A stretch of DNA of 56,368 nt from an uncultured Candidatus Saccharibacteria bacterium (GCA_964369115.1 CAYJED010000006.1:1-56368), one strand, 5' to 3'. Shown: positions 27,493 to 36,752, counted from the stretch's first letter. A program made the numbers and translations. Notes: a model not told the origin generated them from the sequence alone.

Positions 27493-27981
27493 ATGATACT
27501 TAGTTACAGTAATCTTGTTGATGTTAAAAACAACAACCTGAACAAAAAAATAGTTTTTTGTTCAGGAAGCTTTGACTTACTTCATGTAGGCCATGTGCTT
27601 TTTCTTGAAGATTGTAAAAAGCTTGGAGGTATACTTGTTTGTGCTGTAGGTAAAGATGAAGCACTTCGAATTAAAGGGGAAGATCGCCCTATACTAAATG
27701 AGTCTGTTAGAATTAAAATGATTGATTCTTTAAAGGTAGTTGATTATTGTTTTTTACACAAAAACATAACTACACCATTCCTTAACTCTTATATTGAAGA
27801 GGTTTTGCAGTTGCTTAAACCAGATGTTTGGGTGGTAAATGAAGACGCGACAGAAATTCCATTTCGTAGTGAGCTAGCAAAGAAGTACGGCGTTACATTT
27901 TATGTTCTTAAACGTGACTGCCCAGCTGAGTTTGATCAAATTTCTACAACTAAAATTATAAAAAAGATCAAGGGCGAATAG
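27493..27981 (+). CDS. Cytidylyl/adenylyltransferase-family protein (TagD / RfaE domain II-like)
   Basis: GSFDLLHVGHVLFL (HxGH motif). I prefer ATG 27493 to the TTG at 27463 given in the track. Confidence 0.7.
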   Translation: MILSYSNLVDVKNNNLNKKIVFCSGSFDLLHVGHVLFLEDCKKLGGILVCAVGKDEALRIKGEDRPILNESVRIKMIDSLKVVDYCFLHKNITTPFLNSYIEEVLQLLKPDVWVVNEDATEIPFRSELAKKYGVTFYVLKRDCPAEFDQISTTKIIKKIKGE

Positions 27982-28753
27982 TTGCTATTACTCCAGCTTT
28001 AATTAATCGTAAAAAAATATAGAAAATAAAACTAGCTGTTACAGCTTTTTTACTATGCCCTTCAGCGGTGATTCTGAAAAGAGAAGAAATTTCGTTACTA
28101 AAAACTCTTCTTCTAAAGTTTAGTCCAGAGGTATGGTCGTACCCATCAGAAATGGTGCTATTATGGTCAAGATACAGAATCTTAGTGTGTAACCCAAGCT
28201 GATAAAAGAAAAACCATTCTTCTGCTTGCTTTACGTATTTTGAAAAGCGGATATGGTGTTGATTAATAAGTTTAGTTTCTATGCAGTGTGTTGCGTCGCC
28301 TTTGATTTTTTTAAGAATAAGATAAGACCAGGCATAAGAGTACTCATGTTGAGAGAGGGCTGATTTTGTTATAGATTCTCCTGTTTTTAAACAGCGATTA
28401 GTCATAAGCCATCTTATTGAACTGTTTATGGTGATATTTTCATTAAAAAACTGGAGCGTATCTGGGGCCAGATAGTCATCATCATCAAGAAAAATAACAT
28501 ATCTTGAATCAGAAGAAAGAAGTTCAAGTGCTCGGTTTCTTGAAAAGTTAACACCTTCATTTTTTTCGTTTTTATAATACCTTATCCTCGGATCATTAAT
28601 AGATGTTTCAAATGAAGAATACCCTTTTTCAAAAGGGGAGTCATTAATAATAACCATCTCCCAATTTTTGTATGTTTGTTGTTGTAGTGAACTGACAGCT
28701 CTGATGAGTCTTTCTGGTCTTTTATATGTTGGAGTAACGATACTAAATTTCAT
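27968..28753 (-). CDS. Glycosyltransferase family 2
   Basis: MKFSIVTPTYKRPERL..SLQQQTYKNWEMVIINDSP, and LDDDD. Confidence 0.8.
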   Translation of the reverse strand: MKFSIVTPTYKRPERLIRAVSSLQQQTYKNWEMVIINDSPFEKGYSSFETSINDPRIRYYKNEKNEGVNFSRNRALELLSSDSRYVIFLDDDDYLAPDTLQFFNENITINSSIRWLMTNRCLKTGESITKSALSQHEYSYAWSYLILKKIKGDATHCIETKLINQHHIRFSKYVKQAEEWFFFYQLGLHTKILYLDHNSTISDGYDHTSGLNFRRRVFSNEISSLFRITAEGHSKKAVTASFIFYIFLRLIKAGVIATIRP

Positions 28754-28755
28754 AC

Positions 28756-29655
28756 TTATTCTTTAGAAATACATAATAAATTTGTTTGCTTTCTCACTAG
28801 AGATATTAAACTATTAAAATGTTTATCGTCTTTAATTTCTAAAAAATTGTCTTCTATATCAAAAATAGAGTAATTATAAGATCTTAGTAGAGAGAGAATC
28901 TTTTCACCGGACTGATTTCCTTGTTGGGTATAAAAGTGCCCAGAAAATTCAAGAAATAATATTGGCCTATAGGTTTCTATGATTTTTTTTACACCAAGCA
29001 AGACCTCGTATTCAAAGCCTTCAACATCGATTTTGATGGCGTCAATCTTTTTAAGAGGACTAAGATAGGTGTCTCCATTTTTAATAGAGACAGTAATTGT
29101 TTCACTTAAATCATCTTTATTAACAAAAGACGAACCTCCTGCATTTTTGGATACATAAAAAGTGCCTTGCCCCTCTTTTGGGCCGATGGCTACATTATGA
29201 AGAAAGACATACTTATCTAAATGATTAAGTTCCACAGAATCTTTTAATTGGTTGTACAATTTTGGGATAGGTTCAAATGCATGAACTGATCCTTCTTCCC
29301 CAACTATTTTTGCTGCAAAAATAGTATGTTGACCTATGTTTGCTCCAATATCAATAAAAGTGTCTCCTGTCTTTAGGTAACGCAAAAAAAGATCGAACAT
29401 AAAAGGCTCATATACCCCATAAAGGAAAATATGTTTATCTATAAATCCATTTTCTGGTGAAAGGAAAAGTTCAAAGTCTATATCTTTATGTTTAAGGATG
29501 ACACTTGTTTTTTTGGTAAAATTTTTAAGCCGGAAAAAATCTACTTTATTAATAATCTTAAGTAAAATTTTTGCCCAGAAAATATAAATAAGAGCAAATA
29601 CACCAGAAGGTAATTTTTTTTTCAAGATATATTTTATTTTACTTCGGTTAATCAT
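28756..29655 (-). CDS. FkbM-family methyltransferase
   Basis: FIDIGANIGQHTIFAA and IKIDVEGFEYEVL. Confidence 0.8.
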   Translation of the reverse strand: MINRSKIKYILKKKLPSGVFALIYIFWAKILLKIINKVDFFRLKNFTKKTSVILKHKDIDFELFLSPENGFIDKHIFLYGVYEPFMFDLFLRYLKTGDTFIDIGANIGQHTIFAAKIVGEEGSVHAFEPIPKLYNQLKDSVELNHLDKYVFLHNVAIGPKEGQGTFYVSKNAGGSSFVNKDDLSETITVSIKNGDTYLSPLKKIDAIKIDVEGFEYEVLLGVKKIIETYRPILFLEFSGHFYTQQGNQSGEKILSLLRSYNYSIFDIEDNFLEIKDDKHFNSLISLVRKQTNLLCISKE

Positions 29656-29656
29656 A

Positions 29657-30361
29657 TTAAATAAAGTTAAAGATTTTTTTCAGAACCTTTTTTATTCCAA
29701 GACGTTCTGTAATTTTTTTTCCCAAAAAATAAAGCCCTGTCTTTTTAAATAATTTATTCAAAGGGTGTCCCCAAGAATAATTCCATAAATGAACTCCATA
29801 AACAGTTTCAGGTAAAGTTTCTCCTCGGTAGCGGTGAATGTTTTCTTGACTGAAAGGATAAAAAGCTTCAAAGTTAAGTACGGTTATGTTTGGATCTTTA
29901 CAGTACTGTGCATTGTAAAGAGAAGTAAGAATGCGAGGTATGGTTTCTTGTAAAGATGTATTTTTATCATAATAACTCTTTACTCCTTTTATAAAATTAT
30001 TATTAGGCTCAGACGCTATCATTCCAGCACTAATAACACCTGGTTCTTCTTCTCCTAGTACACAAAACTTTCCTTCTATTAAAGTGGATATTGGTTTAAT
30101 AATAAGCATGTCAGTGTCAAGATAAACACCTCCATATTTTTCTAAAATAGCAATACGTGCATAATCGGAAACAAACGCCCATCTCTTTTCTTTGTACATT
30201 CTTTTAGTAAAATCAGAAGTATTAATGTCAAAATTGAGCTCATTCCATTCTTTTAGAGTAAAGTCAGGACAATGTTTTTTCCAACTTGCAATACATTTTT
30301 CTATTTCTTTACTTTTTTTATTTTTACCAAACCAACAGTAGTGGATTATCTTAGGAATCAT
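29657..30361 (-). CDS. GT32-like glycosyltransferase (Gly_transf_sug, DXD)
   Basis: IPKIIHYCWFGKN, W..H.PDF, SDYARIAILEKYGGVYLDTDM. Confidence 0.75.
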   Translation of the reverse strand: MIPKIIHYCWFGKNKKSKEIEKCIASWKKHCPDFTLKEWNELNFDINTSDFTKRMYKEKRWAFVSDYARIAILEKYGGVYLDTDMLIIKPISTLIEGKFCVLGEEEPGVISAGMIASEPNNNFIKGVKSYYDKNTSLQETIPRILTSLYNAQYCKDPNITVLNFEAFYPFSQENIHRYRGETLPETVYGVHLWNYSWGHPLNKLFKKTGLYFLGKKITERLGIKKVLKKIFNFI

Positions 30362-30439
30362 TCTAGTAATTTATTTAGAAATATGTTTTTCTAATAAGTA
30401 GTATAGCATCATGTTATACTGTGTGCTCTGGCTTATTGT

Positions 30440-31186
30440 ATGTATAATCTTTTACGAAGAATTAAAAAAACACTTTCCCGTATACGTTTTTCGGTCACTT
30501 TCCCATTAATTTTAAAAGACTATATTGTTTTTTTAAGCAAAGATAAAAAGAAGCGATTTTCGATTCCTTTATGGGCTGCTCAGCCAATTCTTTTTGAGAA
30601 TACGCCGTTTACGCGTTTCGACACGCATTATATTTATCATACTGCTTGGGCGGCAAGAAAAGTAAAAGAAATTAATGCTTCTTTTCATGTTGATATTTCT
30701 TCAAGTTTATATTTTTCTTCAATTGTTTCTGCTTTTAAACCTGTTCGTTTTTTTGATTATAGGCCAGCAAAACTTAATCTTTCTGATTTAACACCGGGTT
30801 CTGCTGATTTGCTAAAACTTCCTTTCGAAACAGCTTCTGTCGAGTCTCTCTCTTGTATGCATACAGTTGAACATGTTGGACTTGGTCGATACGGAGATCC
30901 TATTGATCCAGATGGAGATATAAAAGCAGCAAAAGAACTCTCAAGGGTTGTAAAAGAAAAAGGAGATCTACTTTTTGTTGTTCCTATTGGTAAACCAAGA
31001 ATTGAGTTTAATGCTCATCGTGTTTATTCTTACGACATGGTTTTAGAAATGTTCCCAACCCTTAAACTTAAAGAGTTTTCGCTTATCCCAGACAATGCTC
31101 TTAGTGCGGGGATGGTTTACAATGCAACAAAACAGGAGTCTGATTTACAAAATTATGGTTGCGGCTGTTTTTGGTTTACAAAATAA
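30440..31186 (+). CDS. DUF268-family putative methyltransferase
   Basis: SLSCMHTVEHVGLGRYGDPIDPDGD..ELSRVVKEKGDLLFVVPIG..FNAHRVY. Confidence 0.65.
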   Translation: MYNLLRRIKKTLSRIRFSVTFPLILKDYIVFLSKDKKKRFSIPLWAAQPILFENTPFTRFDTHYIYHTAWAARKVKEINASFHVDISSSLYFSSIVSAFKPVRFFDYRPAKLNLSDLTPGSADLLKLPFETASVESLSCMHTVEHVGLGRYGDPIDPDGDIKAAKELSRVVKEKGDLLFVVPIGKPRIEFNAHRVYSYDMVLEMFPTLKLKEFSLIPDNALSAGMVYNATKQESDLQNYGCGCFWFTK

Positions 31187-31199
31187 TCCTTAGAAGCAA

Positions 31200-32075
31200 A
31201 TGATTATTGTTAAGATTCAAGGTGGGTTAGGTAATCAGTTATTGCAGTACAGTCTCGGCAGGATTCTCTCAGTAGTTTCCGGTAAAGAGGTTTATTATGA
31301 CCTTTCTTTTTTTGAAGCCTCCAGTAAGTACACAAAAAGAAGATACCTCCTTGATTTTTTTAATGTTGAAGTTAAGGAGGCTACTGATTATCAGATAAAA
31401 AAAACACTCTTTCCTTATGGTGTTCTTTCAAGAATAATCATGTTTCTATGTAAAGTAGTAAATAAGTTTTTTTTGAAAAAATACTATATTACCTACAATG
31501 AAGAGCTTCTCTTAGATGTTAAAAATAAAAACAATCTTTATATTGAAGGTTATTTTCAAAGTTATAAATACTACGAGAAGTACCTTGCGCTCCTTTCTGA
31601 AGAAATAAGTCTTAAAGATAAGACAAATATTGAAAAATGGAAGCGAGAATTTTTTTTTAAGGAAAAAGACTCTGTTTGTCTTCATGTTCGTCGTGGTGAT
31701 TTTTTGCGCAAAAATGCTGGAACTAAAGCACTTGGATTGGATTACTATAAAAAAGCTATTTTTGAGATAAATAAAAAAATTAACGAACCAACCTATTATG
31801 TTTTTTCTGACGATATTAAATGGGTAACTGAAAATCTTGGAGAAGTTCTTGGTATGCGTGCCGTTATGGTTTCATCCTCTTACCTTAAAGACTATGAAGA
31901 GTTTGAGGTTATGAAAGATTGTGAACATGCTATTATTTCTAATTCTACCTTCAGTTGGTTTTCTGTGCTTTTATCAAACAGAAAAGGTAAAGTTGTTTTT
32001 TACTCTAAAGACTGGAGAAATTCATATTTAAATGAAGATCCATGCATTTGTCCTGCTGATTGGGTTGGGTTATAA
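31200..32075 (+). CDS. GT11 alpha-1,2-fucosyltransferase-like
   Basis: MIIVKIQGGLGNQLLQY, HVRRGDF, and ISNSTFSWF, which are the GT11 motifs. Confidence 0.8.
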   Translation: MIIVKIQGGLGNQLLQYSLGRILSVVSGKEVYYDLSFFEASSKYTKRRYLLDFFNVEVKEATDYQIKKTLFPYGVLSRIIMFLCKVVNKFFLKKYYITYNEELLLDVKNKNNLYIEGYFQSYKYYEKYLALLSEEISLKDKTNIEKWKREFFFKEKDSVCLHVRRGDFLRKNAGTKALGLDYYKKAIFEINKKINEPTYYVFSDDIKWVTENLGEVLGMRAVMVSSSYLKDYEEFEVMKDCEHAIISNSTFSWFSVLLSNRKGKVVFYSKDWRNSYLNEDPCICPADWVGL

Positions 32076-32157
32076 ATTTAGAAGGTTTTCTGTATATTCA
32101 TGATACACTACAGTGTATTATTTCTTTTGATTTGAAGGATTTATTGTTACCTTAAAT

Positions 32158-34371
32158 ATGCAAAATATTATTAAAAAGATTGTATGGGGATGTTTACTTA
32201 TTATTCCGTTTGTGGCACTTCATGTTGCTGACGGAGGGTTTTTCGATGTCTTTTCTTGGTTCGGTCAAGGTGGAATGTTTTTTCCGTTCATCTCAGGGAA
32301 GAATCTTCTCTTTAGAATTTTGGTAGCTATTGCTTTTGCTGGATGGGCAATTCTTGCACTTTACGATACAAAGTATCGTATTTCTTTCAAAAAGTCACCA
32401 ATCCTGCTTGCTTATTCATCGTTTATTGGGGTCCTCTTCTTTGCAGACCTTCTTGGTGTTTCTCCAGAAAAAAGTTTTTGGAGTAACTTTGAGAGAATGG
32501 AAGGCTTTGTAGGGCATTTCCACCTTTTTGTTTACTTCTTTGTTCTTATTGCAATGGTAATAAGTTTGGAAGAGTGGAGAAAGATGTGGAAGTTTTTTGT
32601 GGTAGCAAATGTGCTTGTTTTAATTCAAGGTTTTGCACAACTTTTCGGCTCTTCAAAATTTCTTCTTGCAAAAATTTCACCGGAAACTGCAACATGGTTT
32701 GCTACAAGATTTCAGTTTCATACGGGAGGGGATCGTGTGGATGCGACGCTCGGGAACTCTGCCTACTTCGGTATTTTCTGTTTAATGTTTGCTTTTATTC
32801 TTGCGCTTCTTTGGTCTCAAACAAAAGATGTGCTTCATCGTCGGATGTACGTAGCGCTTATCGTACTTAATGTTCTTAGTGTTTTTTATTCAGGAACGCG
32901 TGGAAGTATGATAGGTCTTGCGTTTGGTGCACTTCTTTCTTTCGCGATTATTGCATGGAATGGTTCAAAAAACCTTAAAAAATGGTTTGCTGTAATTGTC
33001 GCATCTCTTGTGCTGCTCACCTCAGCAATCTTTATCCTTAAAGAAACACCTCTCGTTAAAGGTTCTCCTGTTCTTTCTCGTATTGCCACCATCTCACCAA
33101 ATGATGTTACAGGAGCAAGTCGCCTTTCGATGTGGACTATTAGTTTTGATGCATGGAAAGAGCGTCCTATTTTAGGGTATGGACAAGATAACTTTGGCCA
33201 TGTGTTTGCTCGTAAGTTTATGCCAGAAGAGATGTGTAATCTTGAGCCGTGGTACGATCGCTCTCATAATGTATTCTTTGACTGGTTGGTAGCAGCGGGA
33301 ATTCTTGGGCTTATCTCATATCTTTCACTTTACGTGGTTACTCTTTGGTATATGTGGAGAAAAGATAATGAGATGCCACTCTTTGAAAAAGCTCTCCTCA
33401 CAGGTCTTCTTGTTGGGTATTTCATTCACAATTTCTTTGTCTTCGACAATCTTGTAAGTTATATCCTTTTCTTTGCTGTTCTTGCGTATATTACTGTTAG
33501 AACAAAAGGGGGACACAGATCAACGGGTCAGCCTATTCTTGGAAATGACCAAATGACACTTCTCGCTATCCCTGTTATCGGACTCTCTCTTCTTGTTGTG
33601 TTGTATTATGTTGATTACCGCCCTCTTACAGCTAATCGCCTTGTAATTAAAGCTATGAGTGTTGGTGAATATGCAAAAACTATGCCGTTTGCTGATGCTG
33701 TTAAAATGCAACAAGATGCATTTACGCAAGCAATTGCAATGAATACTTTGGGAAGTCTTGAGGCTCGTGAACAGTTCCTTCAGATGGCTGTTCGTATGGG
33801 GCAAATTACTATTCCGGACACTATTCCAGCTGCAGATCGTCAGGCTGCAGTGAGTGCTATCAATAGTCTTCTTCAGGAGGCTCGTAAAGATGTTCAGGCT
33901 TCATATGAAGCAAACAAAGAAGATGTTCGAATGCTTTCAATTTATGGAATGTTCTTAAATGGAATAGGGGATTCTCAGTCTGCAGAACAGGTGCTTACGC
34001 AAGCTCGTTTATTTGCTCCAAATAAGCAACTCCTTGCATATGATCTTGTACGTGCGTATCTTATTCAGAAAAAATATGGAGAGGCTTACACTCTTTCAAA
34101 AGAGCTTTATGATAAAGGTATAAATTGTCGTGATGCGGTTACATGGTATATGCTCTCAGCTGCTTATGCTGGTAAATTTGAAGAAGCTCAGCAATATGTT
34201 CTCTCTAAGGGGCAAAATGTCACACTTAGTATAGATCTCATTAATGGAGTTTTTGCTTCTGGACAGATGCAGCTCGGTGTAAAGCTTCTTGAAGAGTTTA
34301 AAGTTCTTAACCCTAGCATGGCTCCACAAATTGACGCCTATCTTAAGCAGTTTGTTGCTCCAAAAAAATAG
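32158..34371 (+). CDS. O-antigen ligase/polymerase-family (Wzy_C) membrane protein with a ~250-aa helical-repeat C-terminal domain
   Basis: Polytopic N-terminal ~470 aa with SGTRGSMIGLAFG and DRSHNVFFDWLVAAGILG (Wzy_C-like). The C-terminus is TPR-like (..LAYDLVRAYLIQKKYGEAYTLSKELYDKG..). Confidence 0.7.
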   Translation: MQNIIKKIVWGCLLIIPFVALHVADGGFFDVFSWFGQGGMFFPFISGKNLLFRILVAIAFAGWAILALYDTKYRISFKKSPILLAYSSFIGVLFFADLLGVSPEKSFWSNFERMEGFVGHFHLFVYFFVLIAMVISLEEWRKMWKFFVVANVLVLIQGFAQLFGSSKFLLAKISPETATWFATRFQFHTGGDRVDATLGNSAYFGIFCLMFAFILALLWSQTKDVLHRRMYVALIVLNVLSVFYSGTRGSMIGLAFGALLSFAIIAWNGSKNLKKWFAVIVASLVLLTSAIFILKETPLVKGSPVLSRIATISPNDVTGASRLSMWTISFDAWKERPILGYGQDNFGHVFARKFMPEEMCNLEPWYDRSHNVFFDWLVAAGILGLISYLSLYVVTLWYMWRKDNEMPLFEKALLTGLLVGYFIHNFFVFDNLVSYILFFAVLAYITVRTKGGHRSTGQPILGNDQMTLLAIPVIGLSLLVVLYYVDYRPLTANRLVIKAMSVGEYAKTMPFADAVKMQQDAFTQAIAMNTLGSLEAREQFLQMAVRMGQITIPDTIPAADRQAAVSAINSLLQEARKDVQASYEANKEDVRMLSIYGMFLNGIGDSQSAEQVLTQARLFAPNKQLLAYDLVRAYLIQKKYGEAYTLSKELYDKGINCRDAVTWYMLSAAYAGKFEEAQQYVLSKGQNVTLSIDLINGVFASGQMQLGVKLLEEFKVLNPSMAPQIDAYLKQFVAPKK

Positions 34372-34621
34372 TACGGTATACTAGATGATGTGAGCGTATA
34401 TGAGTATGCTCTCACAAGATAAATAAATGCCTGCATAAAGAGTCATCGCAAGATGGCTCCTTATGTTTTTACAGGTTCCGGTATACACTTGTCTTTCTTT
34501 GTAATACCTATATACTTTTTAGTACCAGTTCTTGCTCGCATGTATATGCGGTGAGCGACTGCGCTCACATAAGGCATTTATCTTTGGAGCATGCCCCGCT
34601 CACCACATATGGGTGCGAGGT

Positions 34622-34657
34622 AAACAAAAACCCCTTTTAAAAGGGGTTTTTGTTTTT
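34622..34657. terminator. Bidirectional intrinsic terminator
   Basis: Perfect 17-bp palindrome aaacaaaaacccctttt/aaaaggggtttttgttt, 7 nt from the tsaD stop. Confidence 0.75.
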
Positions 34658-34663
34658 GTAAAT

Positions 34664-35845
34664 TTAGCTTTCGTTTAGGGACCAAGAGCCGTTAGCTTCA
34701 AGTCGTACTCGTGGACGAACCTCTTCATTTATGTGAACAAGACCTGTTGCTGCAATCATAAGACCGTTGTCAGTAGAAAGATTTCTATTTGGAATAAAAA
34801 GAGTAAAACCTTCAGTTTCAGCAAGCTGTTTTAACGCAAAACGAATATGAGTATTGGCGCTCACTCCACCTCCTACAATAAGTGTCTGTGCTCTAGTTTC
34901 GTACATTGCTTGACGTACTTTTGCAACAAGAACATCGGTCACAGCATTTTCAAATTCAAGAGCAAGCATTTTGATTGTTCGCTCATCAGGTGATGTTCTT
35001 TTTTTGACTCGAGTAAGCACAGCTGTCTTTAGCCCACTAAATGAAAAGAGAAGATCTCCGCTGTGAAGCATTGGGCGCGGAAGACGAAGATCTTCATCTA
35101 CTATGATCCCTTCTTTTCTTGCTCGCTCAGCAAGGCGGGAAATTTCCGGTCCCCCAGGATAAGGAAGGTTAAGCATGCGTGCTACTTTATCAAACGCTTC
35201 ACCAACGGCATCATCTTTTGTTTTGCCTATTACTTTGTAGGATCGTAATTTTGAAATATGAACAAGCTCCGTGTGGCCTCCTGAAATAAGGAGTGCACAT
35301 GCCGGGAGATCAATATCGTTTACCTCATAAATGGTATCTGAAAGGGAAAGGAGTCCTGCAATAATGTGTCCCTCCATATGGTTTACAGGGTAGACGGGTA
35401 TGTCCCAAAGAAGTTTAAGAGCAAGAGCTGCATTTATGCCCACCCAAAGAGCAGGAGCAAGTCCTGGGCCCTCTGTGACAGCGATTGCATCTATTCCTGG
35501 CTTCTGTATACCCTCAAAGAGAACTTTCATTGCAGAGAGCATTTCTGGTTCTCGTTCAAGAAGAGTTTCAAGTTTCTTTCTTTCGGTGTTTGGGATGTGG
35601 TAGGTGTTTGTTCTTTCTATTAAAAGGCCTGCTTCTTCAAGCGCTTCAGCAATGAGCTGTGTGATTGCTTTTGTGTGTTCTCGCTTTGCTAGAGCAGGAA
35701 ACACCCCACCGTATTGTGCATGGAGATCAATTTGAGAGAGTATTTTATGGGAAAGCACTTCAAAGCGAGTATTTTTTCCTCGTACTCTTTTTATGATTGC
35801 TATAGATGTTTCGTCGCAGCTTGTTTCAATTGCAAGAAGAATCAT
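34664..35845 (-). CDS. tsaD: tRNA N6-adenosine threonylcarbamoyltransferase
   Basis: MILLAIETSCDETS, NHMEGH, GGHTE, GGVSAN. Carries a ~40-aa insertion relative to the typical length. Confidence 0.9.
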   Translation of the reverse strand: MILLAIETSCDETSIAIIKRVRGKNTRFEVLSHKILSQIDLHAQYGGVFPALAKREHTKAITQLIAEALEEAGLLIERTNTYHIPNTERKKLETLLEREPEMLSAMKVLFEGIQKPGIDAIAVTEGPGLAPALWVGINAALALKLLWDIPVYPVNHMEGHIIAGLLSLSDTIYEVNDIDLPACALLISGGHTELVHISKLRSYKVIGKTKDDAVGEAFDKVARMLNLPYPGGPEISRLAERARKEGIIVDEDLRLPRPMLHSGDLLFSFSGLKTAVLTRVKKRTSPDERTIKMLALEFENAVTDVLVAKVRQAMYETRAQTLIVGGGVSANTHIRFALKQLAETEGFTLFIPNRNLSTDNGLMIAATGLVHINEEVRPRVRLEANGSWSLNES

Positions 35846-35912
35846 ATGACAGGAAGTATAACATTAAAGTAAATCCTTGCTTCTTTTACATAAATGTTTT
35901 AGAGTTTTGCAT

Positions 35913-36359
35913 ATGAAATGTGTTTTTCTTAGTGTTGGAAAAGAAACAAATGATGCAAGTGATGAGCTAAAACGTTACTTTGAAATTAAACTTCTTCGCT
36001 ATTGTCCATTTGAGTGGGTGTATGTTTCTCATGATGTAACAAAAGAAAAAGAAGGGGATAAGATCCTTTCTCTTCTTAAGAAAGATGATTATGTTGTACT
36101 TCTTGATGAAAGAGGGAAAGATGTTAAAAGTGAAATGCTTGCAGAGCTTATCGAAAATAGAATGGTCGACTCTATTAAACGTATGGTGTTTATTATAGGT
36201 GGAGCGTACGGTATTTCAGAAAAAGTAACAGAGAGAGCAAATTATGTTTGGAAACTTTCTAACCTTGTTTTTCCTCACATGCTTGTGAGAGTGATTTTAC
36301 TTGAACAGGTGTACAGAGCTTTTACGATTATGAAAGGTGAGAAGTATCATCATGAATAG
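35913..36359 (+). CDS. rlmH: 23S rRNA (pseudouridine1915-N3)-methyltransferase
   Basis: SPOUT C-terminus: IIGGAYGIS..LSNLVFPHMLVRVILLEQVYRAF.I..GEKYHH. ATG 35913 lies within track ORF 35877..36359. Confidence 0.85.
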   Translation: MKCVFLSVGKETNDASDELKRYFEIKLLRYCPFEWVYVSHDVTKEKEGDKILSLLKKDDYVVLLDERGKDVKSEMLAELIENRMVDSIKRMVFIIGGAYGISEKVTERANYVWKLSNLVFPHMLVRVILLEQVYRAFTIMKGEKYHHE

Positions 36360-36432
36360 TAAGTGATGTAGACTGCTTCTTTATTGTCTACCAACAAAAA
36401 TATCACAGCTTATCGTGCGCATTTTTATACTA

Positions 36433-36449
36433 GTGGACAGTAGAGGATT
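36433..36449. repeat. Direct copy of the 3' end of tRNA-Val (att-like)
   Basis: gtggacagtagaggatt at 36433-36449 is identical to 36607-36623, which spans the tRNA-Val 3' acceptor and T-stem. Confidence 0.85.
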
Positions 36450-36556
36450 TGTCCACAAAACTACCTCGCTGGCCCGTCCGCCTGTCTGGTAGGCTCGAAG
36501 TAGTTTTTTGATCCCTTATTAGAATCGTCATGAAAGCGACGCAGGTTACTTTTTTA

Positions 36557-36614
36557 CTGTCCACAAAATTAAAATACGACACTGTATAGTGCCGTATTTT
36601 AATTTTGTGGACAG
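36557..36614. repeat. 22-bp perfect inverted repeat (58-nt hairpin) overlapping the tRNA-Val 3' end
   Basis: ctgtccacaaaattaaaatacg (36557-36578) pairs with cgtattttaattttgtggacag (36593-36614). The right arm includes tRNA positions 36608-36614. Confidence 0.85.
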
Positions 36615-36680
36615 TAGAGGATTCGAACCTCTGGCCTATTCCACGTCAAGGAATCGCTCTACCAACTGAGCTAACCGTCC
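36608..36680 (-). tRNA. tRNA-Val (anticodon GAC)
   Basis: The reverse complement folds as ggacggt/actgtcc acceptor, gctc..gagc D-arm, attcc-ttGACgt-ggaat anticodon arm, agagg-ttcgaat-cctct T-arm, discriminator A. Confidence 0.93.
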
Positions 36681-36714
36681 AAATATGATGATAAGTATAC
36701 ATGAAATATGGTAT

Positions 36715-36742
36715 TTGAAAAAGTTCAATTATGTGTTATAAT
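36715..36742 (+). promoter_or_regulatory. Sigma70-type promoter of tRNA-Glu
   Basis: TTGAAA (36715-36720), 16-nt spacer, TATAAT (36737-36742). The tRNA starts 11 nt downstream. Confidence 0.6.
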
Positions 36743-36752
36743 ATAAGGTATT

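Noticed and set aside
25434-29622. Homopolymer tracts at the 5' ends of glycan genes as phase-variation switches (T8 at 25434-25441 in the flippase and T9 at 29614-29622 in an FkbM gene).
   Set aside because: They encode Lys runs. A/T tracts of 8-9 nt are common throughout this AT-rich sequence, and I have no evidence of length heterogeneity. Worth checking in reads, but not reportable.
36450-36510. Small SRP (4.5S) RNA on the minus strand (taccagacaggcggacgggccagcgaggta).
   Set aside because: It only superficially resembles the domain IV consensus. The GGAA tetraloop and the GGAAGCAGC 3' strand are absent.
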